Assembly (NCBI RefSeq): GCF_964355755.1
Contig: NC_092675.1
Coordinates: 3,467,812-3,531,811 of the forward strand
Reading direction: 5' to 3'
DNA from: Antedon mediterranea
Taxonomy: Eukaryota > Animalia > Echinodermata
DNA: 64,000 nt
Each line of letters begins with the position of its first letter. Position 1 is the first letter of the stretch. The notes below the pieces were generated by a model. It was given only the letters and a program-made list of their open reading frames with translations, made no database searches and had not been told where the DNA came from. A program made the translations under genes and the position numbers. This document shows, one piece after another, positions 25,589 to 39,500 of this stretch.

Positions 25589-28500
25589 CTACAGAGAGTC
25601 CGTATATGGCTTATTTTGCAATAAAATGCCAGTGGTACAAGAAATCGCACATATTAAAAATATCCAAAGAAATAATCTATCAACAACCATTGCTAAGATC
25701 TTCCATTCCGCCAATACATCCTCTTCTTTATCTTTGTGATCATTAATGTCTCTTATATGTTTTAATTCGTGAACAATGCTTTCCAGAGAACTTTCAAATC
25801 CTTTGCAAGGAAGTGAAGTCTGATTATTATCGATTTTCATGGTATGTTCGGTCATTTCTTGTTGGGTTTGCTTGTTTATAAAGTTATTTTCAACAACTAT
25901 ACTTTCTACGCTGGGCCCGTCAGTTTCTGAGACTAACTTGAAGTCCTTTTTTAAACAAAGTAAACGTCCCAATCGACCTATTATCCAGACTCGCATCCAG
26001 CGAGGTACCGGGCGAGTACCTGGCAACCGGAAGTGTATATGTAAAACGTACACTGTCATGACTGTTGACATGGACACCAGAATAATACAAGCGGCAAAGT
26101 ACTGACCTAAAGTAATATTTCAAAGAAAAACAGAATTTTAATCTTATTGTTGAAAGTGATTAGTATAATAATATGTTAAACTCTTTTCATTATATTTTAT
26201 GTATTTTTTTTATGTAGGCCTATAATTTGCATATTTAAATTTTTTTAATAGTGTCTTAGTTGATAGGAGCTGGTTCGAGTTCATGCTGCGACAGGAGTGC
26301 GACAGGAGTAAGACGTGTTTGTGTGAAGCTCCTGGATTACACTGCTGTATATGCTAATTTTCAGTGAATAAGTGAAGCAGAAACAAAAGACTTTCCTCTA
26401 CATCCCTTATATTTGTAATTATCTATAATTATCATAAGAAAGTTTGAAAAAAACAATAATGGCAGTATTCAGAAGTAAAGACAATTACCTATAAGTGGAA
26501 CAGTTTCAGATGTTGGCGGCATCGTCTCAGCTACCAAGAGCAGGAATACAGTTAAAGCCAGAAGAATAGTGATAGCCAGTGTAACTTTTTCACCCGCATC
26601 AGCAGGCAAATAGAAGTCAAGTAACGTCAGAAGGCTTATAAGCATGCACGGAATCAACAAGTTGAACATGTAGAACAATGGCCTACGTCTGATGATGATC
26701 GTAAACTCTAGTGTTGGAAAAGGTTCCGGACAACAATTGTAATAAGCAACGTTTCTTCGTACAGGCATGCCTATAAGATCCCATTCACCGTTATCAATAT
26801 ATGACGAGATGTCCCCGCTGTCTGTTCGGTTGATTATATCTAGTTGAAGCCCATGATACGCCCATGATCCGAATTTTAAATGACATCTTTGCTCATCAAA
26901 TGGAAAATATGACACGTCAATTTTACAAGTGCTCTTGTAGATTGCAGGAGTATTCCAAGCTACAACACCGTTTGAGAATACAGAAACACTTGTTTCCATC
27001 ATACCATTAAAATCTGAGTCAACGCTGTAAAGAAAATGGAATGATGGGCGTAAACAAGATTTCATTGCTTCAGACAGGGATTAATGAATAAATCCATGAG
27101 AAAGTGGATAAAATGAGACAACGAAAGATTAAAAATGGAAAGAAATGCAATGTTGTCAAGCTCTGAGTATGATGTGATATAGTTTTTGACAATGGGAATA
27201 ATGATGTAAGTAGGCCTAAAGTGTATTTGGAGTCAATTGAAACGACTGAGTCTGTACATCAAAGACTGATGGCTAGGCTACAGTAGTATAAAATGAATAA
27301 TAATAGTTGTGTTTTAACTGCCATTGTTGACATAAACCATTGTCTGTACATTAACCAAAACATTACAATTGAACTCTGACCTGACATTGACCTAATCGAT
27401 AATATTGTGCCGATCGATTCACAGTAGATTGTTCAAAGTAGTAGATAAATCACTAAAGAATATTGTAATTGAAGGACAGTTTTTTAAGATTATAGGCCTA
27501 CATATTATGACCAGGCATTATAACCAAAATGTAGCAATGTTGTAAAGGACTAATTGGTTTCAATACAGGAGGAAATGTGAAAGCTACAAAGTTAATTAAT
27601 CAACAAAAATAACACTTTAACTTTTGATCGTCTGAAATGAATTATAAAAATTGTGAGGTCAACCACGACGGAAATACTAATAAGATCATCCATGGATTAA
27701 TCAATATTAATATTCATTAATCCATGATCAGATTAAAGCCTAGTCTGCACTAGCAAACTTTACCAAATTTGTGTTTGTAAATTCTGAGTTTGCTCGAGTT
27801 TGGAACTACAGTTTGCTAGCGCAGTATACATTTGAAAACTTTTCTGGAGTCTATCAACTGGAAAACGTTTATTGAGATAAATGAACAGTTTGCTCAAGTT
27901 TGCAAACAACATCTTCCAAACTGGGATTAAGAATAATGACAATATTGTGGTGGTTATAAGTAATTACTTTGTGTATAAAAGAATGTCTGGCCTCCAAACT
28001 GTATCCGGGGGCAAGATCAACACGTCACTACCACCATACTCGGATTCATTCCAGTAGAAGTTAACGTCTGTCCATTGCTGTTGGGATAAGACATTGAAAT
28101 TATGTTTGTTACTGGTGGAAACATTCTGAAAGTGGGTCCCCAACGTCTTAAAGGGGAGCTCCGGGTATAAATTTTAAATAAATTCTGTCTATACACTATC
28201 AACTAGTTCGACAAAAAAGTGTGATGTGCGCAAATATGGTAGTGATATGCCCATGTTTAGTAGGAATATTACATCATTGTGTCCATACATGGGCATATCA
28301 CATTCTTTTTGTCACATTAAGTTTGATAGTGTAGACCGAGCTTATAAAAATAAACCATTGAAACAACATTCATTTATGACCTCAGTGTTACGTAAAGCAG
28401 TATGGTGAAATAAGCCCGGATATTCAATCACTTACAAACACTACTATTCATAATATATAGTTCTTTCCTCTAGAAAATTGATTGTTCTTTCGATTTTTCG

Positions 28501-31500
28501 AAGAAAACTGCCTTACTATGATGTATTTGTAGATGTAATTAGTTAGTTTTGTGGGCGGATGAACGTTTTTTGTAACACTACAACTACGAGAACAGTAAAT
28601 GCAAACAATCAAGATAACTTACCATCCGAATCCAAACATTTAATGAAATTACTTGGTTCCTTTCATCCTATAAAAGATGAAAATGTAGTTACAAGATTAC
28701 ATTGTCTCAAGGAAATAAGTAGATCATATAATGTGTACTAGTTGGGGCTCCAGACCGAGTTTTGTCTTAATATTGGTAAAAAGATAAATATTTTTGCACA
28801 TATGGCATTTCATACGTGTATTACTTGAGTTTGGATACAGACAAAAATCAAAACGACGACGTGTGGAATAACATGAAAAAAAATAAATAAATAATGAGTT
28901 GGAGCAAGTCTAAGTGTGTACATACACTCACGTGACATACACCCAAATAAATAATTATTTCATGAATGTGATAGACAAAAATTAATTTATCGAATACATC
29001 TGAGTCGAATTCTGAAAATATGCTCGTCTCTTTATCTGGAGTTGCTTATCTGAAATTATTCGGTGGCTTTTCTGGTATTATAAAAATGTATGCATTTTCA
29101 AAATGTAAGGCGTGTGTGTCGTTTTGATCAAACTATGGACATGATTTGATTGTTTGTCGATGATAAATCTTACCATGTCGATGATTTGCTGTAGAGCCGT
29201 CCCTAATATCACGGTGACCGTATCTGTAGGGTGATCTACAGGGCGTATTATTGAGCTGTAGTTTGTCATCATATCTTGTAGTAACTGTACCTCTTCCTTT
29301 GATCCTAAACACACTGAACAGAATGAAGTTTTGATAAATCTAAAATATTGGTACTAGTTAGCTATGATGCCGTTTTGTGGTCCTTGGTAAAAAAATATTA
29401 GGTATAAAATGTGGCCCAACATAATAAAGAAATTTATTAAAAAAAATTTAGTAATGCCATAAATAATACTGGATTAATGTAATTGTAAATAAAATATTAT
29501 TATTTCAAGACAGAAAGTATTGATAAGGATATTATTAATCTGATTTATTAATCAAAATATGTACGTAGGCTTAACTAAACATATGCCTTCCTATTTCACT
29601 CTTCTTATAAAATGCTGACTAAAAAACTACAGAATACAGACAGAATACTATTTCAAAGATACTTCAATTGTTTAGAGACAGAATATTGTAACATTCACCG
29701 CTCAACCCAACTCCCCCACCCCTCCTCCCCCTAATTTTGGAAGTCACGTGTCTCGTTTTCGTTCACTCATTTATTCTGAGTTACAGCAAATTTTGCATAA
29801 GCTGCCCCTGCTCAACAGTTTTCAATTTTATTTTGTATATTATATGTTGGCATGGTGTCGATGTTATAGCTGCTGGTCGAATAAATAAACGAGACGAAAC
29901 GAGTATTGCGTTACTGCCATGGCAATTAAATACAAACAGTAAACTACCGCGATTTTTAGTCTACACGTTAACTAGTTTGCCGTATCAAAATTTCATTTAA
30001 GAGTAAACGTCTCTAAAAACGAGAAGAAACGAGTATTGCGTTACTGCCATGGCAATGAAATACAAACAGTAAACTACCGCGATTTTTTGTCCACACGTTA
30101 AGTAGTTTGCCGTATCAAAATTTCATTTAAGAGTAAACGTCTCTAAAAACGAGAAGAAACGAGTATTGCGTTACTGCCATGGCAATGAAATACAAACAGT
30201 AAACTACCACGATTTTTTGTCTATACGTTAACTAGTTTGCCGTATCCGAATTTCATTTAAGAGTCAACGTCTCTAAAAACGAGAAGAAACGAGTATTGCG
30301 TTACTGCCATGGCAATTAGATACAAATACAGTAGGCCTAAACCACCGTAATTTCTTGTCTACACGTTAATCAGTGTGCCGTATCCGATTTCATGAGAGTC
30401 AACGTCTCTGAATTGCTGTAGTATACAATCAGGGGTTCAAAAATCATCAACATATTCAGAGCAATTAAAATTATATCAATCACCTCGGCTTACTGATTGT
30501 TCCCTTTGTAACTCTCTTTGTATGTATGATTATGCTACCGCTTAAATAATCGAAGTTATATTAAAGAGTAGTCATAGGGATACAAACAACAATTCGGTTT
30601 ATACCATTCTTCAAATTGATTTGACAAAGTGACCTCTGAAACAGGTAGGCCTATAACATATTTAAAAATGTATTGTCCCCCAAAAAATGAAAAATGAAGA
30701 TTAATTAAATCAGACTTTGAATATCTTGTTTTGTAGTTTTAATAAAGTTAATCATTTCCATAGAAAAAAAAACAAAAAAAATAATGTTTCACTTGTAAAA
30801 TGACAACATAAATGGGTAAATTCAACCAAAAATCCATTGGCTGGCAGCCAATTTGACAATTTTTTGCTTTAAATGACATTTTTTTAGATCCAATTTTTGG
30901 TTAAAGTGGATAACGTTAAGTTACATTAAAATGGAATATTAAACAAAAATTTGTAAGAATTATTTTTTCAGGGGTCAATACATCTTTAATGTTTAAATTA
31001 GGGTACATGAACGTCAATATGAAAGAAATTGCAGAATAGATTTCCCAGGAGGATAGCCCCAAAACAGTAGTAGCTTAATTCCATTTGGGTCCTTTATAAT
31101 CTAAAATAAATTAAAAAAATAAGAAGTACTGTATTTTAAATAAATATTTTATTAGAAAATATTCTATTTGAAACATTTAGAAATCACATTTCTTAAATAT
31201 CGAGATCTCGTTTGACCATTAGAATCGAATTACTTTTTTTCATACTTTCTTCTGTCAATATTAATTAGGAAATAATCAATCTAACGCAAACAAAACGTAT
31301 GGAATGGGAAAGAATAACAAACGAATGAGTTAGTTCTAAAGATCACTATAGAACGGATATTATCTATCGATTTAATTAAAGAAAAACATTTCCATCACAA
31401 ATAATTGTGTTAAAATTAGGCATTATGGTATTTATCCAGAGTTCAATCAATGGAAGATCAGATGTTAAAAACGTTGCCTAGGCTCCTCTGTGTACATCAA

Positions 31501-33186
31501 AACAAACGTGGAAAGAAGACGTATCTGGTGATGGTATTTTTAAAGATGAAAAAATAATTTAATTCTTAACAAAATGTTTGTAGAAAATAGGCCTATGCCA
31601 TTTTAATGTAACATAATAGTTATCCACTTTGACCAAAAATTGAATCCCAAAAAAAAATATTTACCTGAAAAAACTGTAATTTGAAGCAAAAAATTGTCAA
31701 ATTGGCTGCCAGCCAATGAGTTTTTGTTTAAATGTCATTTTATAAGTTAAACATTATTTTTTTCGTTTTTTTTTCTACGGAAGTGATTAACTTTATTAAA
31801 ACTACAAAATAACATATTCAAAGTCTGATTTAATTAATCTTAATTTTTCATGTTTTTGGGGGACAATACATCTTTAAGCATTACGGTATTTCAGAGTTGA
31901 ATCAGATCAGATGTTAAAAACGTTGCCTAGGCTCCTCATGTACACGTCACCAAAACAAAAGTGGAAAGAAGATGTATCTGGTGATGGTGTTTTTAATGAT
32001 TAAATATTGCAGCATTCTACCATGCACGTATCAACAAAATAAACAAGAAACTCAAATGTCGAAACTTTCCGATGACATGTGGGGATTAGAGTGGGGTGGG
32101 TTTTCGAAAGGGGTGTGTTCTGTTAGAGGTGTTTCTCAGAAGGGTGTGTCCTGGGAGGGGTAATTTCTGGGAGGGATGCGTTGTGAGAGATTGTAATGAA
32201 ACTATTTTTTATGTAATCACTCTTATGTATTATTTATTAATATTATTATGGTTATGTTTCGACGCACTTTTTATTGATTTGAGTTCCGTGGATTTAAAAT
32301 AATAATAATGTATAATTAATGTCAAATAAAAACTGAATACGTAACTAGAAAAAAAGATATAAGATCATTGTTATATAATTATATTATTATTGACATTTTT
32401 CACTTTGAAAGTCAATGAGTAAAAGTCCGTGTTAAGAATACTAAGTACATAGTACACATTACTTCCCTAGCCACTACTTGACTGTATTACTTTCTATAAA
32501 CATTTCAATTATTCAAAACATTGTTTCTAAACATCTGCCGTAACCATAGATATGTATGTTAAAAGCGTCTATTATTCTGTTTGTTTACACAAAAGTCTCA
32601 ATTGCTACATATGCTATTCAACAATCTATTTACAGGAAAATTCACACTTCCCCTCTGCTAAATACCAATACAGTAAAATTATCCTAGCAACGTTGATATA
32701 AGTGAATGTTATAGGCTATATTAAATGTCAATACATACGTAGGTCTATCGAAAAGAAATCGGAACATCGCCATTGTTTGGATGTACAGTAATTTCTTTAT
32801 GTTTAACACTTATCGTAAAAAGAGTTTAGCATTATAAGTAGAAGTTGATGATAATTCCGTCATTTCTTTTGTTAGAGAATCTTACACCAATGTCAAAACC
32901 CTCCACCTTCACATAGGCCCAGTAGCTTCGAAGCTTCGGGACCTGGTCTATGCATACTATAATACGGCCTACTCAACTAATAGCGAAATTGTCAAGGAAT
33001 TCCAGTTCTCTTCGTGAACAGTCAGTATTTGTTTTGCAGCAGGTAATTTATACGTTAAAAGAATGCTCAGGCTACTATATAAGAAATCAATGAACAGGCT
33101 CAGACAACAGTTTTCTTACCTTTGATAGGATACTCCAGAAGAATTAACAGGGCTGGGTAGCATATCCAATTTCGAAATCCCGCCAT
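25589..33186 (-). CDS. Nicotinic acetylcholine receptor alpha-type subunit B (alpha9/alpha10/alpha7-like)
   Basis: Exons 33120-33186 (signal MAGFRNWICYPALLILL), 29174-29313, 28623-28667, 27968-28077, ~26489-27025 and 25589-~26106. Motifs: Cys-loop CKIDVSYFPFDEQRC, FGSWAY, YYNCCPEPF, GEKVTLAITILLALTVFLLLVAETMPPTSE, EWKILAMVVDRLFLW. Confidence 0.93.
29888..30410 (+). repeat. About 130-bp tandem repeat, 4 copies, in intron 1 of nAChR B
   Basis: aaacgagaagaaacgagtattgcgttactgccatggcaat...gagtaaacgtctct recurs at ~29888, 30018, 30148 and 30278. Confidence 0.92.
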
Positions 33187-34239
33187 ACCGTCGATATAAA
33201 AAATAAAAATGATGTTTTATACAGTATTCCAGTTATTGGAACTTTTCGAATTATATGGAATAATTATTATGCAATGGCTGGAAGACTAAGTCCACTTAAG
33301 CACCTGTGACGTAAACTAATGTTGGCCAATAGTACAATAGTGAAGAGTATAATAAGTATTGTTAGTGACTTAATCGATCTTAATTATAGAAGTCACCGTT
33401 CTAATGAATATTCATGAATGAATACCATGTTACCAATATAACGGGAGTAGGGACGCACCCATACTCAAATAAATTAATGAAGGACACGCTAATATTTTTA
33501 ATTTAACTTTTTAATTTTCTAAAATGTTCCATTAGAGTAAATATAAATGTCTATATTATGAACATTTTGAGACCAAATATAAGTTTCTATCATTATTGGT
33601 TGCCGAGATATATGAGAATGTGTTGCTATTGGCGGCCATTTTGAAAAATTTCTGCCAAAACATTTCCCCTAGGAGTTGAGTTGGAACTAATTGATATATG
33701 TTAGTATACATTTTTCTGAACACTAGATTTGTGAAAATGTTTCTAACAAGCTTCAATAAATGTTGAAGTCTGATTATAAGCCTGTTCTACGACAAGTCAC
33801 TGTTCACACTGTGCTTTCGTTAGTACGATGAGTGTAATGCTAAGATGATTGAAATTGAAAACAATCCTCATCCCTTATTGTGTTATCAATACTAAAATAG
33901 TCCTCATGCAATACCTCTAAACTAAACTAAGATTTAACCTTTAATAAAGTAATAAACTTTTTTCAATCAGATCCTTTTCCAGGCTACTTAAAATTTCTTA
34001 AAATATTTATTAAATTCTTTCTACATTTACATCATCTAAATGAAATACCTAATATTTTGTTTGTTTCTGTTTTTACCTCTGTATATATTGTTGACTTGTT
34101 TTATGATAAAAAAAAAAAGAAATTTACTTTTGTATTCCCAAAATTGACGATGAATATATCTTCAAGAGACTCGAGCATTTATTTCATCATTATTAGCATT
34201 GTTTCATCAATTATGATTTTTACATTTTTAATACATCGG

Positions 34240-35735
34240 CAACCTATCAGTCGCGAAAAAAAATGATGGGTCGTCGCGAAATTGTTTTCGATACTGAAAT
34301 TATACACTGATCTATATGTGAAATGTTCTCAGTTTTGTAGAATCTACTGAATACATTTTACATCTACAGTTTTTTCCTATGTTGACCTGCGGCGAGTCCG
34401 TAGCGTACGCACAATTGGGAATCGACGACGGGGCGATGCACGCTTTTGACGCATAGTCGTTGTTGTTGTTGTTGTTAAGACAAGTGGGGAATCCCCTTTT
34501 AGGACGTGGATTTAATAACCTACCAACTGGTTCTACGACGCTATTTTTCTGTAGTTTGCAAATGTGTAATTTGGACTGAAAAACTGCGAACTTTGATGTA
34601 CCAGCGGGTGGGGTGGGGGGGGGGGGGTGGACATTTACAATGAACATTAATAATAGAAAGAACAATATAAACAGGTCTATCCCAAATTACACTCATATCG
34701 ATGTTGTTCAGGCCTTTATGGTTCGGGAGAACCCCTTGACGTTAGCATTGAAAGCAAATGTGTTTACCGGCGAAAAAAGTAGCTGGCTACGATCGTTTTG
34801 CCAATTGCGAGCGCGCTATTAGAGTGTCGTTTCCGGCCAACTTGAGGTGCCATTTATCATAATTTTTTTTTACGTGCGAGAGTACCATTTCCAGCCAGGG
34901 CTGTCATTAAAAAAATTCGCTTTGCCACAGGCCCCATCATGGGTAATTTGTGCATGTTTGATGTGCTGGCAACAGACTGCGTGTGGCAAAATGACTATGA
35001 GCCTATTAATAGAAATTACTATAACGATAGTGATTATGTATGCATAATGACTATGTATTAATATGACGGTAGAAATCGCAAAGATAGCTTACCTATTTCC
35101 TAAATCTCAATATATTTCAAAATAAAATAAAAACAATATTTATTTCATTTTAAAAATTCGCAGAGTTTCGTACCCAAGCTAGCGCAGCGCTTAGAGTATT
35201 CAACAGAGCATTACCCGTTACGCTACAAAAGTACATGACTGAGAAGCTGACAATAGTTTATATATACGTACTTCATATTACGTAATTCATCGTTACGTCA
35301 TAATTCATGGCCGTCAAAGCTGGTATTAACCTGTTTATATCCAAGATGACCGGTTAGCTCAAACGACTGAGCAGCGTCGTGTTAACAACACGGATGTCAT
35401 GGGTTCGAACCCCATGCTAGTCGTGGTGGTAAAGAGTTAAAGCTTTCGAGCTACTGTATTTTGGGTTCACATAATAATACGTTCCCCGTTCCACCACACA
35501 AGCAAGTCAATGCATCTGGTGATGCCTTGGAAACGACACAATGTTTCCACGACCTTACCAGATGTAGGGAGAAGACAATAATAATTGGTCACTTAAATTT
35601 TGGTTCAGTGGTTTTTTTGTGGATACTATCTCGTATGTTATGCTTAGTGCTCTTAATTTTAAGAACACAAATACATGTCAGCAATGTAGAACATAGGATC
35701 ATAAGGTCGCGGTCAAAAAAGGTTGCGGAACGCTG
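34240..35735 (-). mobile_element. Second, longer copy of the hAT-like element, inverted
   Basis: 34285-35072 is the reverse-complement homologue of ~17375-18150 (same spurious ORF MVRENPLTLAL...). It ends aaggttgcggaacgctg. Confidence 0.78.
35348..35423 (+). pseudogene. tRNA-like sequence (Ile-type body, AAC in the anticodon loop) inside the hAT-like element
   Basis: GACCGGTTAGCTCA..., stem TCGTG-TTAACAA-CACGG, T arm ATGGG-TTCGAAC-CCCAT. The D loop and acceptor stem are imperfect. Confidence 0.55.
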
Positions 35736-36086
35736 ATCATGCATAACTAACATAACTAGGCCTACAGTATTTGGTTTGCAGATCTACAAAGCATAACCAA
35801 CCCATTTACAGTTGTATAGACATGTAGAAACATTGTATTAATACAAAATACATTAATACATGCACACACCCATATTCCTATACAACATACATAAACATCA
35901 GATGTTAGTTTACAATGATTCGTCACACACGTGTAAGCATAACCAAAACCATTTACAGTATAAAATGTAGAAACATCTATGTATTAATATAACATAGCAT
36001 ACGTATCATGCACACACACACACACACATTTACATAAACATCAGATGTTGTATGATTCGTCACACACGTATTCCGAATTGCCTTAA

Positions 36087-36265
36087 AGCGTGGTTCCCAC
36101 TAGCGACGCAACGCAAGGACGTAACGCAACGCAAGTGAACTGACCAATCACAAGCGATGGCTTATTCGCTTGTGATTGCTAACTGTCTATAACTTCGCTT
36201 GTCATTGGTTAAAACGCTTGCGTTGCGTTTACGTCCTTGCGTTACGTTCTAGTGGGAACCAAGCT
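36087..36265. mobile_element. MITE family B (179 bp, palindromic, PIF/Harbinger-like), intact copy
   Basis: TIRs agcgtggttcccactag / ctagtgggaaccaagct with TAA/TTA flanks. Near-identical to 40093-40271 and, reversed, to 24142-24322. Confidence 0.9.
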
Positions 36266-36581
36266 TTATTGACAATAATACACACTATCTAAATAATATT
36301 AGTACACTAATATGATTTATAATACAAAGCAATCATCTTGGACCTTCACTAACTAAAGAAGTCACTAATTCGTCGCTAAGTCGATTATTATTATTAAGTA
36401 AAACCACGCGACAGTCTTGATTGAAAATTATCTGTGATGGGCTTTAGATTTAATTAAATGAATACACACTTCAATACACTGTTAGTTGTTAGCACAATTT
36501 GGACTTTGAAAATTTGAAATAGATGACCTGCCGTTTCACACTTGTAAAATACCAAGTTGAGTTGGAGGATCGCAACCAAAT

Positions 36582-39500
36582 ATGAAGGTATCCAGTATGT
36601 TTGTATTCTTGACTTTTATGACATTCGCTAAAGGTATGTTCACATTTTTTCAATTTAATTGTCGTTTACACACAAATATTAGGACTAATAGATTCTTAAC
36701 CATAAGTCTTGAAATTAAATCAGAGAGAAGGACGAGATGCTATACTAATGGCAACGTAATATCTATTCATGGAAAGACATATTATATATGACAAATAAAT
36801 AATTGTGAATAAAATATGACTGTTTGTGAGTATATAGTATGTTGGGTTATGTCAAATAAATAAATTAATCAATCGCAATAAATGTACAATGAGTCGCTTT
36901 TCAAATGTTTCAAATAATATATAATATATAAAAAGACATTTTTTAAATTGAAATTGAGCGTCATCGGCGTCACGACCACGCGTACGCGATTCATCCAATC
37001 AGACATAATACAATCCAACAAATCTATAATTCAATTCTATGTATATGAACTAAGTATCATTAAATCATTATAGAAGTGATATCGACCAGCAGAATGTTAG
37101 ATTTGATTACTGATCTTACGTCATCATACGAAATGTCTGTTAGGCCGTCTCTAACACCAACCACGACCATTGACGTACGTTACGGAATCGCACTCCAACA
37201 AATCATTGACATGGTAAAGTCTAATTACAGATTATTACAGATATTTAGCCTATCTCTGGATTTTGGGTTATTTTATATTTTGTTTTTTTAAGCTCTGTCT
37301 ACACTATCAAACTAGTTTGACAAAAAAGTGTGATGTGCCCAAATATGGTAGTGATATGCCCAAATATGGTAGTGATATGCCCAAATATGGTAGTGATATG
37401 CCCAAATATGGTAGTGATATGCCCAAATATGGTAGTGATATGACATCATCATGTCCATATATGGGCACATAACAATAATGTATACCTCCCTGGTTTGATA
37501 GTGTACTGTAGACAGATCTTTAAATCAAAACCAAAAAATGCGAAATGTCCACTCTATCTATGGCATATATTTAGTAAATGGAATCTAAACAATATTAAAG
37601 AAAACATAGATTAAACATACACAGCATTGATCATCCTCTTATGTACGGTGTTTAAATAGAAGCCTAGAAATTATTGACGATCGACGGGTCGTTTTAAAGC
37701 TTGTGATAATATGTTATTATAATTGAAACGATGTTCTAGACTTACAGTTAGGCCTATTAAGCCTATTTTGTAATTTTTTTAATTTAAACCACATTTTATA
37801 TGTTCTAATTTAATTATATAGGATGAGCGTAACCAAATTCTAACTACAAATGTATGGCTACGTCAGGTAAGCTAACAAATTTTGAAGTGACTACTAATTT
37901 TATTTATGGTGTATTGTTGGTTCTTTGTTTGTTACAGCAATAAAAGAGTATATTGCTAAAGCGTGGTTCCCACTAGAGACGCAACACAAGGACGTACACG
38001 CAACGTAAGTTAGTTGACCAATCGTAGGTGATTGATTATTCGAACTGTCGCTTGTCATTGGTCAACACGCTGGCGTTGCGTTTACGTCCTTGAGTTACGT
38101 CTTAGTAACCAAGCTTAATAAACATTAACCAATGTTTATAACGAAAACGTGGCGGCTGTAGGCCTACCTCTTTCTATCATGGTCCGTTAAGAGTGGGGGA
38201 TGTGGGGTTTAACCACCCACGCCTGTAGGCTCATAATTCATCAACGTATCTATCTTTCTATAATTGAAACAGTATTGGGAAGACGTTCATTTACAATGGG
38301 ATCCTGATGACTATGATGGTATTAGTACTGTAAATCTACCGGCCTCTAGCGTGTGGAAACCAGATGTCATTCTATACAATACGTAAGTTGTTAATTTATT
38401 GACAATGCTTGCATATATATATTAAAACACTAATACAAAACGCATTACTGTAATGTAGGAAGATAATTATTTGAAAGGAAATTGGAAACATAAAATAATC
38501 AGCATGCCAACTGCAAATCGAAATAATATGGAGGGGAGGGGGGATAAGGCAAATGAGATCCATTATCTTCAAGAATAAAATTGACGTGTGTTTATATCTC
38601 TAGTGCCGATGACGCAATGAAAGGCATCACAGAGACCGACGTAGAAATCCAATACAATGGCAACGTGTCTTGGTACGCTCCAGCAGTTTTCAAAAGTTCC
38701 TGCAAAATAAACATCCTCTACTTCCCAGTGGATGAGCAACATTGTCTGATGCAATTCGGATCCTGGTCGTATGCCAAATCATCTATGAGGCTCACCAACA
38801 GCTCTTCTGCCGGCGACATCAGCAGTTTCATTGACAACGGTGAATGGGAGCTCCGAGGCATGCCAGTGCAGCTTATTGAAAAGAAGTATACGTGTTGCGA
38901 TGACCTCTTTCCAGTCTTAGAGTTTACAGTAATAATCGGCAGGCGCTCTTTCTTTTATATATTTAATTTGATTCTTCCGTGCATTGTCGTTACAGCGATG
39001 ACAATTCTGACGTTTTATTTGCCTGCACATGCGTACGAGAAGTTGACTCTTTGTATTACGATTCTCTTGTCTTTGGCTGTGTTTCTGTTGATGGTTGCTG
39101 AAACAATGCCACCAACTTCAGAAGTTGTACCAATTCTAAGTAAGTTTCTTCCTGCAAGATGTTCTTCTATTAACTATTTTTAATCTACACAGATCAACTA
39201 CAGATATCGTTTGTGTCCTTTGCTTACTTAAACTTAAAACCATTAGTCGGTTAATATAACCAAACCGATATTACATACTGCTCATTCTTTAACGGAACTT
39301 TTAGAGTTACAATTGTTGAAGAGAAATTCTAAATCAATCTGAGCAGTGTTTCTAAAAGACTTTCTTTTTTTTAAACGACGTCAGTCATGTAGTTACATGT
39401 ACTGTAATCCTAACATAACATATTTGTCTTTTTCAATAGGCCAGTATTTCCTAGTGACCATGATCATAGTCTTTCTATCAATTCTGGTGTCTGTGATAGT

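Noticed and set aside
27686-27729. Short AT-rich hairpins bounded by catgg/ccatg (similar ones at ~16-51 and ~13360-13385)
   Set aside because: Too short and AT-rich to call as ncRNA; probably MITE remnants or chance.
37263-37472. ORF with PKYGSDM repeats
   Set aside because: Translation of the 21-bp internal repeat of MITE family A.
22966-39042. Anion-selective ACh receptor hypothesis
   Set aside because: All three subunits keep Glu at -1' and lack the PAR-type motif, so anion selectivity is not supported.
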